From: an uncultured Chitinophagales bacterium | Lineage (GTDB): Bacteria > Bacteroidota > Bacteroidia > Chitinophagales > BACL12 | Direction of reading: 5' to 3' | Length of the DNA stretch: 64,000 nucleotides | Assembly: GCA_964463165.1 (NCBI GenBank) | Contig: CAYXBK010000016.1 | Location: forward strand, 13,402 to 77,401 | Shown: positions 1-8,902 of the stretch, in pieces | How positions within the stretch are numbered: position 1 is the first letter of the stretch | Layout of the letters: each line of letters opens with the position of its first letter | Translations under genes and position numbers: made by a program | The notes under the pieces: generated by a model | The model's database searches: none | Told to the model about the DNA's origin: nothing | The model's input: only the letters and a program-made list of their open reading frames with translations

Positions 1-217
1 TGCGGGCTTTTTCACATAATTCTCTTGCTTCGGCCAAAGTCACAAAAGGATATACCCCCAGGGATAATGTTTTTTCTTTTGTTTCATATCTGTATTTTAC
101 ACGCCAATATTTTGAGCCATTCGGCATTACCTTGAGGTAAAGGCCTCTGGAATCCGCTATTTTATAGGCTTTTTCCTTCGGTTTTGCACTCTTACACATG
201 CTATCTGTCAGTGACAT
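1..217 (-). CDS. P4-type (DUF4102 N-terminal domain) tyrosine integrase, 5' fragment; the gene continues left of the window
   Basis: Reverse-strand ATG at 215-217. It translates to MSLTDSMCKSAKPKEKAYKIADSRGLYLKVMPNGSKYWRVKYRYETKEKTLSLGVYPFVTLAEARELCEKAR, the typical N-terminal pattern of P4-like integrases. It is absent from the ORF track because the window edge truncates it. Confidence 0.65.
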   Translation of the reverse strand, partial: MSLTDSMCKSAKPKEKAYKIADSRGLYLKVMPNGSKYWRVKYRYETKEKTLSLGVYPFVTLAEARELCEKAR

Positions 218-776
218 TGTGCCCCCGCGATTTTATATGTACCCCCATTTTTTACCCCCAATTCCTGCTAACGACCGTTATATTACGTTATAGAAGATAA
301 TTGAAAATATCAGTTTTATCGTTGTATTTCAAGTGTATAATGTAAGAAAGGTTGATGAAGATTTATGTTAATTAAAGAACAAATGGTGGCCCTGACCGCT
401 ACTGAATTTTAAATCTAACACTCTGCCTTACTTAATATTTTTTTTTCTTCAATATTTTTTGATGCCCCCACTTGTGCCCCAAATATTATTTAAGTAGAAT
501 ATAAAACATTAAATGTCATGATACATTGACGCTCTCTGTAATTCATATATTTAAAAAAGGAATACCAAAGTCTCACAAATTAATGTAGAAATAATCGTTT
601 GAAAAGAAAAAATATAATTTTCTAAAAATGCACGTTTCAAACCTAAAAAATTAAACCTTTCTCATGATTTACAAATGATAAATTTCAAATTTTTATAATT
701 AAATTGAACTTTATAATAAAGAGGTAATACACAAATGTATTTTGAGTAGAGAATTATTTTATTTTTCCAGCGGAGG

Positions 777-2297
777 CTAATCTAGTAATTCCTTTAATTT
801 TTTTTCAACTACAGGGCTTTTCAAGTTTGGATCCAATTCGATTGCTTTTAAATAATGTTCCCTGGAAGTTTGTGCGTCATTCAAATCATAAATAAGTAAT
901 TTCGAATAATTCAGGTGTGCTTGGGCTACATTTGAATTTAATTCCAATCCGATTTTATAATGTTCCTTTGCTTGTAAAAATTGTGAAAAATGTGCCCTTA
1001 GCAAGTTTGCATAGTTTATATGTGCTTCAAAGAAATCCGGCTTTATTCTTAAAGCTTCTTCAAGATGATATTTGGCAAGAAAATACTCTTTTAAACCATT
1101 ACTTAGCAAATTGGCAAAGTTGTAGTGTGTAAGATGGTATTTATCATTTTCCTCCAGAATACTAATGTACTGTGCTCTTGCGCCCTCATAATCTCTATAA
1201 ATGTCTGAGAGTAAAATGGCGTAATTGCTCCGGATATCAATATTTTTGGGGTTAATTTTAAGTGCAGTTTCGAAGTGTATTCTTGCAGCGTCGTAATCTT
1301 TAAATTCATTTTTTAATAAGAGCGCATAGTTACCGTGAATGTCGGGATCTTCTGGATTTATTTTGAGTCCTTCCAAATAGTGAAATTTTGCTTCCTCGTA
1401 ATTTTTAAATACATTCTTTAAAAGCAAAGCATAATTATAATGTGCGTTTGCAAACTTTGGATTAACCTCAAGAGCTTTCTCAAAATGTATTCTTGCATTA
1501 TCAAAGTCTGAGAATTCTTCCTGTAGAAGCAGGCCAAAATTATTTTGTGCTACTGCATAGTCTGGATATGAATTAGTGGTATTTTCATAATAACGCTTGG
1601 CTTTTTTAAATTCTTTATTCTCACTTGCTATATACGCCTTATAAAACATCACATACTTGTTCTTCGGATGAAGTGAAAATAGTTCTTCCAACTGTAAATC
1701 TCTTTCCTCCCTATCATCTATTTTTCTAATTCTAAGAGATTCTGTAAGAATGCCTTTTTCTTCAAAACCTATCAAGCTAAGCACTTCCTTATAATTATTT
1801 TCTCGTAAAGATTCAAAAGATTTAGTATTGAGGTCACTTAAAATGGACAATATCTCTGGGATTTGGTTCCTAATATTTCTCGCATGTGTCAGACCGTGTT
1901 GAAAATCAATAGAAGTGTACTTTATTAGATTGTGCCTGTAATACTCAATCTTTTTGTCCCAAAAATCATAGTAAAGAACTCTTTCATTTATATGATATAT
2001 TTTAGCATTATTTAATATAATAGGCAGAATCCTTTTTTCCAGTTCACGTGTATTAAACAATTCCAGAAGCTCAAAAAGGCAGTTTTCTGACTTGAGAAAA
2101 TCATCGCTGATAATTGTTAGGACATAATCCATTTTTCGGAGATTCAGCATGAACTCTTTAATAGACTGTCGAAACTCACCATCCCTCACATCTCTTTGCA
2201 TTAGCAAACCAATACGTTGAAAGTCTTCATCAATCAGATTCGCAACATCTTTATTTTTCCATGAATAGGAAAGAAATATGGTAGGAGTATCAGCCAT
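777..2297 (-). CDS. TIR domain protein fused to TPR repeats, with no NTPase domain
   Basis: The N-terminal ~140 aa carry TIR hallmarks: IFLSYSWKNKD and DYVLTIISDDFLKSENCLFELLELF, the latter with a candidate catalytic Glu. The C-terminal ~280 aa are 7-8 tandem ~35-aa TPR-like repeats (N-Y-A-x-LL ... A-x-x-H-F/Y-x-x-A-L-x-I/L-N-P). No Walker A motif is seen. Confidence 0.75.
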   Translation of the reverse strand: MADTPTIFLSYSWKNKDVANLIDEDFQRIGLLMQRDVRDGEFRQSIKEFMLNLRKMDYVLTIISDDFLKSENCLFELLELFNTRELEKRILPIILNNAKIYHINERVLYYDFWDKKIEYYRHNLIKYTSIDFQHGLTHARNIRNQIPEILSILSDLNTKSFESLRENNYKEVLSLIGFEEKGILTESLRIRKIDDREERDLQLEELFSLHPKNKYVMFYKAYIASENKEFKKAKRYYENTTNSYPDYAVAQNNFGLLLQEEFSDFDNARIHFEKALEVNPKFANAHYNYALLLKNVFKNYEEAKFHYLEGLKINPEDPDIHGNYALLLKNEFKDYDAARIHFETALKINPKNIDIRSNYAILLSDIYRDYEGARAQYISILEENDKYHLTHYNFANLLSNGLKEYFLAKYHLEEALRIKPDFFEAHINYANLLRAHFSQFLQAKEHYKIGLELNSNVAQAHLNYSKLLIYDLNDAQTSREHYLKAIELDPNLKSPVVEKKLKELLD

Positions 2298-2585
2298 AAA
2301 ATTACACTAATAACAAGCTTTTCATTTAGCCGATAAAATTAATATTCAAGATGTAATTATCAATATTTTCAGTTTCTGAGACAATCAATACTTTGAGCGT
2401 GGAGTAGCAATTCAAATTTGGATGTTCAAATAATGTTAATAACGTGCAATTGGTTGCAGTTCTTTGGCCGCTAATGGAACTCGCCACCTTGCTGTTTTGT
2501 AGTTTTATAACTGACCAATATCCTGATAAATGGATGTACCCACACCAGAAAATTTTGCAAGGTTGTTGGTTTTAAAATCGATTTC

Positions 2586-3803
2586 ATGAAAATACTTATA
2601 AATGATTTTGAAGAGAATAAGGAAGAATATTTAAATATTTTCGAGGATTTTGGATACGAACAAAATGAATTTATTTTTCTGAATTCATTTGATGCATGTC
2701 GAAATTTTATTGAGACATACCTTGAAAAAAATAAACTGCATTTGGATTTGATCATTTCCAATGATTCTAAAGATACCACCTCCGATATTTTAAAGCCAAA
2801 TGAACTCTGCTATTTTAAAAATAATCTGACATCTTCTTTTTCCAAAGGCAACTTTCGTATTAGCTCAATACCTATAATTCTTTATTCAAAAAATGACACA
2901 AAATCACACGAATATTCTGGAGACTTTTATTCAATCGTTCAAAAAAACAGCAGCGGTAACCATAATTATTTTACTAGCGAATGTGAAGGAGCTATAAAGA
3001 ATACCAGGAAACTAATATATGACGATTTGGACACTCTCGAACTAAAAGTGCACAGGTTAATTAATTTCAAGGATACGAATTATTTTAAAAATCACTATTA
3101 CAAGAAGGTATCAAAAAACGCTGATTATTATTTTGCTTATCAAACAAAAATTCTTTCATTGGAATTTATTAGACTCCCGGCCCAACTTCTTTATGATTGG
3201 ATTAATTTAAGCGCAAATTATATTGAAAAAGCAATTGGCCTTTTTGAGAAAATGTATAGGAGCCATATCAAGTACGATAGGAATAATGGTGAGAGAGGCG
3301 TACTCCATGATTTTTTTCGAAGATATAAAATTATCCTACTTCGGGACTCTTATAGCGACTTGGAATACGAACTCAACCTAAAAGAATTTCAATCCATGAA
3401 CAGTCAGGAATGCGATTTCATTTTAAAACAGGAATATCCCAACCATCACCCTACAACCTTTTTTGAAGTGAAGAAAGAGGATGTAAAATTCTACGTAAAG
3501 AAAAATACCAAACGTCCACAACCGAGCGCAGGTTTTTTATCACACCTGATTCAAACAGACGATTATAAAAAATACACTGAAGACCCTCGACACCAAGAAG
3601 AGTTGGATTTCAAACTTGGCTACCACACTCAAAACTTCGACTTTGAATTGCTCGCCGGTAGGTTGGAAGAAAAGGAAGAAATGAAACATTTTTTTCAATC
3701 CCAACTGCTGAGAATGTTTAAAGATATAAAGGTCACAACCTATGAGGAATTGAATGATGTGAATATAAATTATTCAGATAAATTCAATCGTCTTACAGTT
3801 TGA
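2586..3803 (+). CDS. Shedu/DUF4263-like PD-(D/E)xK nuclease with a degenerate receiver-like N-terminal domain
   Basis: The C-terminal half has ERGVLHDFFRRYKIILL, then ECDF-x16-EVK (D...ExK), then HLIQTDDY (QxxxY). The N-terminus (MKILINDFEEN ... LHLDLIISNDS) resembles a REC fold with altered acidic residues. Confidence 0.5.
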   Translation: MKILINDFEENKEEYLNIFEDFGYEQNEFIFLNSFDACRNFIETYLEKNKLHLDLIISNDSKDTTSDILKPNELCYFKNNLTSSFSKGNFRISSIPIILYSKNDTKSHEYSGDFYSIVQKNSSGNHNYFTSECEGAIKNTRKLIYDDLDTLELKVHRLINFKDTNYFKNHYYKKVSKNADYYFAYQTKILSLEFIRLPAQLLYDWINLSANYIEKAIGLFEKMYRSHIKYDRNNGERGVLHDFFRRYKIILLRDSYSDLEYELNLKEFQSMNSQECDFILKQEYPNHHPTTFFEVKKEDVKFYVKKNTKRPQPSAGFLSHLIQTDDYKKYTEDPRHQEELDFKLGYHTQNFDFELLAGRLEEKEEMKHFFQSQLLRMFKDIKVTTYEELNDVNINYSDKFNRLTV

Positions 3804-3867
3804 TGTATCACAGAATAAATAAGCTATAATTCTATATTAAATACCCTGATTAAAACTATTTCTAAGT

Positions 3868-5730
3868 ATGAAGAACGATGGCATTATCGTCGAAAAATTT
3901 AAATCACTTCAGGACGTTTATGGCTTTCTTGAAGAAAATGCATTTCAGCTTGAACGAAGTTGGGATATAACTAATCTGTTGGTAAAATATCGCAACCAAA
4001 CAACTGATGAGGATGAGAAACAAAAAGCTCAATGGGAAGTCGAATTTTTTTGCTTCGAATTTAGAGGCCCTAAAGTATTTTCATTATCCTATTCAACTGG
4101 TAAAGAACCAGGAGAAGTATCTGTTTTTCCTAAATTGGATGATTTTCAGCAAGCAGCTTTTACTTATTTGAAAAAGCGAATTGATGAAACCAAAAACCCA
4201 CTTCTTCTCGCAAGGTATAATCATTTACTTTGGATGGCACCGAAAGGCATCAAACATAAAAACTTCGCTTTAGTTGCTATCAAAAATTATATTAAAACAA
4301 TTCGAATATTTTATGATTTTTTCAAGAAGGATAAAAACAAAGAAAATTTATTTCGTGTTGGGCAAATTTTTGAATTACTAGCGGCACTCTGTAATGAGGT
4401 TAAGTCATACATTTCAGAATTAAAATCAACAGCTCGACGGCTTTTATTTAATGCAAGATATCTAGAATTTTATTCCAAGTTGGGAATTGTGAAAGATATG
4501 CTGGATTATCCCGCCATTTTTAAAAAAGAAGATTTCAAAAATGTTCAAACAATCTTTGAAAAGAGGTTAAAAGTAAGAGGCAAAAAATCTGATGACTTTT
4601 ACCTTATTCATTATGTTTTTCCAGTCGCCATTAAAGTCGCGATCAAGACGGGTGATGATGTGAAAAAATGGCACAATGAGGCAGGTCTGGCACATTTGAG
4701 AATTGCGAAACAGGAAACTGATCCCAAAAGATTTTGGATGGCGCTTGATTCTTATTCTTCTGCTATATATTCTTTTCAACTTGCAAGCAATAGTCGCAAT
4801 AAAAAAGTTGCAGAAAAATTATACACTGATTTAAAACCAAAAGTAACGTTACCTACTCATAGCATTTTTCCTGATGAAGAATGGCAGAAAGCACATGAGG
4901 GTTTCCAAGAACATCTGAAAAAACTCACAACAGAAATATTAAAGAGCCCGCCAGAAGCCGTTTATTATACAATATCTACAGGTTATTTTTTCCCATCATA
5001 CGAAAAAACTTTGAATGCGGCGAAAGGCACGAAATCTGATTTTATGGACTATGTAACGACTGTTTATTTTGATAAAAATAAAAATGTTTCAAGGCCAAAA
5101 AAACTTAAACAGGATATTGATGAAAAAAAACTTTATAATACATATCGTTATCAAATATCAACTAAAGTTGTGCCCTATCTTCATAATTTAATCGTCGGAG
5201 GCATAAGGACTGGTCATCTCACTTTTGAAAATTTTACAAAGTATCTTGCAGAAAATACCTGGCTTGGCAAACCTTCCGATAGAACGGATTTAAGCGGCGA
5301 ACCAGATGGCATGAACTGGATCGCCCTTCTCGCACCAGCCATTTACGAATACTTTGTTCAGATTCAAGCCTGGAGCAGCAGCAAATATTACCATCCAAAT
5401 TTTATTCTTTGCATTGATAGCTTGACTTTAAAGATGGAAGGATTAATCAGGGATTTCTGCGAGCGGTTGAATATCCCGGTGAGTGTCTCAAAACCAAATG
5501 CTATGCATGAAGCATTTATTCCTCAATTATTAAATGCCAAAAGCTTCAAGAAGTATTTCAACGATGACGACCAGCTTTTCTTCAGCTATCTTTTTTCAAG
5601 TGAGTTTGGGCTTAATTTAAGAAATGATATCGCACATAGTTTTTATAATTATGACGATTATCAATCGCATAAAATGCTTTTGCTTTTGGCCGCAGTCTTG
5701 CGAATTGGTAAGTATGATTACTCAAAATAA
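3868..5730 (+). CDS. Large helical protein with a C-terminal HEPN-type R-x4-H motif (DUF4209-like)
   Basis: 620-aa ORF lying 64 nt after the previous gene. The C-terminal GLNLRNDIAHSFYNYDDY matches the RNxxxH HEPN signature in a DUF4209-like setting. Confidence 0.5.
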   Translation: MKNDGIIVEKFKSLQDVYGFLEENAFQLERSWDITNLLVKYRNQTTDEDEKQKAQWEVEFFCFEFRGPKVFSLSYSTGKEPGEVSVFPKLDDFQQAAFTYLKKRIDETKNPLLLARYNHLLWMAPKGIKHKNFALVAIKNYIKTIRIFYDFFKKDKNKENLFRVGQIFELLAALCNEVKSYISELKSTARRLLFNARYLEFYSKLGIVKDMLDYPAIFKKEDFKNVQTIFEKRLKVRGKKSDDFYLIHYVFPVAIKVAIKTGDDVKKWHNEAGLAHLRIAKQETDPKRFWMALDSYSSAIYSFQLASNSRNKKVAEKLYTDLKPKVTLPTHSIFPDEEWQKAHEGFQEHLKKLTTEILKSPPEAVYYTISTGYFFPSYEKTLNAAKGTKSDFMDYVTTVYFDKNKNVSRPKKLKQDIDEKKLYNTYRYQISTKVVPYLHNLIVGGIRTGHLTFENFTKYLAENTWLGKPSDRTDLSGEPDGMNWIALLAPAIYEYFVQIQAWSSSKYYHPNFILCIDSLTLKMEGLIRDFCERLNIPVSVSKPNAMHEAFIPQLLNAKSFKKYFNDDDQLFFSYLFSSEFGLNLRNDIAHSFYNYDDYQSHKMLLLLAAVLRIGKYDYSK

Positions 5731-5763
5731 ATTGTATCTTGTATTTCACAAAACAAACACGAA

Positions 5764-6285
5764 ATGGCAAAGGAAACGCCCATCATTAATATCTTCACCT
5801 ATGGACTTCCATATGAATTGACACATCAGATTTATAATGAATTTCAGGAAAGGATAAGAGAAACATTATATTTATTGAATAATACAAATAAGTATCGCCA
5901 ATTAAAAAGAAATTATAAAACAGTCGAGTTGCTACTGGCACTCTCCATTTTTTACAAACGTGTCATCGCAAATTTGGACGCTGCTGTCAAATTTCATGGA
6001 AATGTCCAACGTCTTAGCAAGGCCAGTACAATTCGGATAGGAAACTATGAATTGACAACGGACGAGAGGAATAAAATTTTGGGATTGCTCATAAACTATA
6101 GGAAATTACTTCAACGGTTTAATATTTCTGAGGCCTTGTGGAATTATTCATTAACAAAAGAATTTCTATCAAAAGTTATTTATCTTAAAGAATTTGGAAA
6201 TGTCAACGATCAGGAAGAAAACAACGATAACAAAACAGAAGGCGGTCAAAAAAACGAAGTGGACGAAGACGAGATCCCCTTTTAA
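5764..6285 (+). CDS. Hypothetical protein with an acidic C-terminal tail
   Basis: 173-aa ORF lying 33 nt after the previous gene, with no recognised motif. Its 3' end overlaps the next ORF, which is in the +1 frame, across an A7 run at 6248-6254. Confidence 0.4.
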   Translation: MAKETPIINIFTYGLPYELTHQIYNEFQERIRETLYLLNNTNKYRQLKRNYKTVELLLALSIFYKRVIANLDAAVKFHGNVQRLSKASTIRIGNYELTTDERNKILGLLINYRKLLQRFNISEALWNYSLTKEFLSKVIYLKEFGNVNDQEENNDNKTEGGQKNEVDEDEIPF

Positions 6286-6364
6286 GGATCAAGCGCTTTT
6301 AAGACGTGAAATACAAAGTTTTTTAAATAAGTTCAAGACGACTGTTTCAAATCAGGCGACAAGA

Positions 6365-7012
6365 ATGAGTGACTATTTTGAAATGAGTTGCTTTAATTAT
6401 ATTGTGAAGTTTTATGAAAGAATTGGGTATGAGATTTCAATTCATAATTTGCAACGTGGAAAATATAGATACAAATGTTCAACTTCAGGCGTTCAAAGTA
6501 ATTTTTCCCACTTTTCTGCATCGATCACAGAGGATGATACGGAGTACGAATTTGAAATCCATCATAATTTAGCAGTTCAATCTTCATACGATGAAGAAAT
6601 TTTCACGACACCAGATATTTCTGTCATCAAAAAAGATACAGTGCAAATAACCATAGGACATTATGAAACAAAAACACGTTTTTCACATGTCCTGCAGCCT
6701 GGCCTCATCACATTTTTTGAAATCAAACAATTTAATCCATTTCCTGAGCTCATATTTAATTTCATAGGTATCGTCAATGAATTGCGCCCCGAAATTATTA
6801 ATAACACATCAGAGGAAATTAAACCAAAACATCTTGCGCCGAGCCTGATGATTTCAGGCAAGCCAAATAAACATACTACTAAGATTAAAAAATCTCTCGA
6901 AAGTCGGTATTGTATCAATCTTATCTATGATGTGTTTCACTCCGGCACCAAAACCTTTTCTAAATCAGGAATTGGCGAACTTCGATTGACAGGAAAAGTG
7001 CCAGTTCCTTAA
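6365..7012 (+). CDS. PD-(D/E)xK nuclease-like protein
   Basis: The ORF track gives 6194-7012; 6365 is the first ATG after the upstream stop. FEFEIHH ... TPD-x16-ETK (PDISVIKKDTVQITIGHYETK) is a canonical E...PD...ExK layout. Confidence 0.4.
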   Translation: MSDYFEMSCFNYIVKFYERIGYEISIHNLQRGKYRYKCSTSGVQSNFSHFSASITEDDTEYEFEIHHNLAVQSSYDEEIFTTPDISVIKKDTVQITIGHYETKTRFSHVLQPGLITFFEIKQFNPFPELIFNFIGIVNELRPEIINNTSEEIKPKHLAPSLMISGKPNKHTTKIKKSLESRYCINLIYDVFHSGTKTFSKSGIGELRLTGKVPVP

Positions 7013-7078
7013 TACCTCCATCACGAATAAAACAGATTTACTATAATTCCCTTAAATTTGGGATAAACTTTTCAGCCA

Positions 7079-7315
7079 ATGAACAATAAAAATGACACTG
7101 TTCTTATCATCATCACGATTATTCTTGTCGGCATGATTATCATGCATTATGTTGACTATCGCATGGGAAAATTTGAAGCAATCGCCCTGAAGCCAACCGT
7201 CCGTTTGAAACCGACAATGAATTTGCTTCGCCCGACAACGATTAATATCGCCAAAGTGGAAGCCACAAACGTCATGATCGGTGATCACAACAATCTTCAA
7301 TCTAAAATTGCGTAA
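7079..7315 (+). CDS. Small single-pass membrane protein
   Basis: 78 aa with one hydrophobic helix (VLIIITIILVGMIIMHYV). Its stop overlaps the next start (TAATG at 7313-7317). Confidence 0.35.
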   Translation: MNNKNDTVLIIITIILVGMIIMHYVDYRMGKFEAIALKPTVRLKPTMNLLRPTTINIAKVEATNVMIGDHNNLQSKIA

Positions 7316-7977
7316 TGTCAAAAATCAACATTAAAAACCTTAATGGAGAGAACATTGTTGTTGGAGACAATAACACAATCAATAACAATTTCACGAGTGA
7401 TCAGGGTCTCGCCAAGGTGCTGACGAGAGATGACTATTACCAAATGATGCTTGAAATCAGAGAACTTGAACGTATCAGTGTGGGCGATTATCTTGAGGAT
7501 AAATTTGAAAAATACAGTAAAAGAAATCCAGATTTCGTTAAAATCTTGTACAAGGACATTAGTAAAGTCTTGGATGGGGTCGATCATGATGGAGATAATG
7601 ATCTTGTCATAGAAAATGGAGATTTTGTAATTGAATACGGCGATCTTAAATTATCTGGCCATCCTACGAATTTGCATTTTGCCGTAATATGGTTGAACAT
7701 CAAATTGATTGAACTTTTTGCCACAAATGGTATTCGGACTTATGATCAAAACATGGAAAATTTTGAAAATGATTTTTTGAAACATAATTACGACACTCAC
7801 GCCTATTCAAAAAAATTAAAAGCCCTAACATTTGAACTCAAAAAAGAGCGAAACTCAAAAGACAATAAAGGATGGGTTTGGAATGATTTAATTGATTACG
7901 TGGAACTCAAACCAAATATTGCAGGAATTGGCATTAACTTCAATGCAATATTGAAGAGGATATCAAATAAAAAATAG
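7315..7977 (+). CDS. Hypothetical protein
   Basis: 220-aa ORF translationally coupled to the previous ORF. Its N-terminal NIVVGDNNTINNNF echoes MIGDHNNLQSK at the end of the previous ORF. The C-terminus is amphipathic (LKPNIAGIGINFNAILKRI). Confidence 0.45.
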   Translation: MSKINIKNLNGENIVVGDNNTINNNFTSDQGLAKVLTRDDYYQMMLEIRELERISVGDYLEDKFEKYSKRNPDFVKILYKDISKVLDGVDHDGDNDLVIENGDFVIEYGDLKLSGHPTNLHFAVIWLNIKLIELFATNGIRTYDQNMENFENDFLKHNYDTHAYSKKLKALTFELKKERNSKDNKGWVWNDLIDYVELKPNIAGIGINFNAILKRISNKK

Positions 7978-8035
7978 TCTTTTCTAAAGTATTTATCAAA
8001 ATTAAGCGCTCATCAGGTTTTTATAGTTCATGATA

Positions 8036-8902
8036 TTATACGATTGCCGTTTTTGCGTGAAAGTAATTTAAGACTTTTGTGTCATTCCAAACAATGGAAT
8101 ACTTTTCACGGAAAAAATCGAATTGCATGACCAGCATTTTAATCGCATAAAGCAAAATCTCTTCAATCTGATCTATCTCTACACTTCTTGATTTAGGGTC
8201 GTTATCAAGATAAAAAGTTAAATTTGAATAGTGAACATGTTGTGTTAAAAATTTGTATACAACATATGCGTGTACATTCGATTTTGTCTTAACATCACTT
8301 CTCATTAATTCAAACACATCTGCTATTTGCGTCAGTCTTTTAAACTTAAAATTGTTCTTATCATCAAAAAACCTGTCGAAAGTTTTAGAAGTTAAGAATT
8401 TTTCTTTCTCCGCATCGTACATATCTTGTTTGGCCATTGATTGGTGTTTCCCATCATAATAAGTGTTATTTATATAAATACTTTGTCGAATGTTTTTAAA
8501 TCTATGGTTATAACCGTCCGCCACAATTTTCACGATTTCTTCTTCCATTTTTTCTTCACGAGCATAAACACTGAAGAGCCGAATAAAATCATCCAACAAA
8601 ACTCTCATTAGAATGAAAACTGAAGTTAAGTGCCTTTCGTTATTATTTTTTAATATTTCAGATACATCCCGTAAAATCGTTCTTTCCCGAACAAGTAATC
8701 CGAAATAAAACTCTTCAACAAATGAAGGCGAGATTTTATGCTGGTTTAATTGCATTACGATATCTTCAGCAACATCACCTATGTCAGTGACCATTTGTGC
8801 TGTTTCGTCTAATGTCATAAATTGAAATTGTGCAGTGAAATAAATTACGAAATCTTGCTGTCTTTGATAAATTCTAAAAATTCTTTCCCGAATTGAGTGC
8901 AC
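8036..8902 (-). CDS. Hypothetical protein; the start may be the internal ATG at 8818
   Basis: 288-aa ORF with no motif recognised. Its 5' end overlaps the upstream ORF by 58 nt unless M29 is the true start. Confidence 0.4.
   Translation of the reverse strand: MHSIRERIFRIYQRQQDFVIYFTAQFQFMTLDETAQMVTDIGDVAEDIVMQLNQHKISPSFVEEFYFGLLVRERTILRDVSEILKNNNERHLTSVFILMRVLLDDFIRLFSVYAREEKMEEEIVKIVADGYNHRFKNIRQSIYINNTYYDGKHQSMAKQDMYDAEKEKFLTSKTFDRFFDDKNNFKFKRLTQIADVFELMRSDVKTKSNVHAYVVYKFLTQHVHYSNLTFYLDNDPKSRSVEIDQIEEILLYAIKMLVMQFDFFREKYSIVWNDTKVLNYFHAKTAIV

Noticed and set aside
2471-2779. 102-aa minus-strand ORF overlapping the start of the Shedu-like gene
   Set aside because: It is low-complexity Ser/Phe/Lys-rich. 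It lies in the divergent promoter region and overlaps a better-supported gene.
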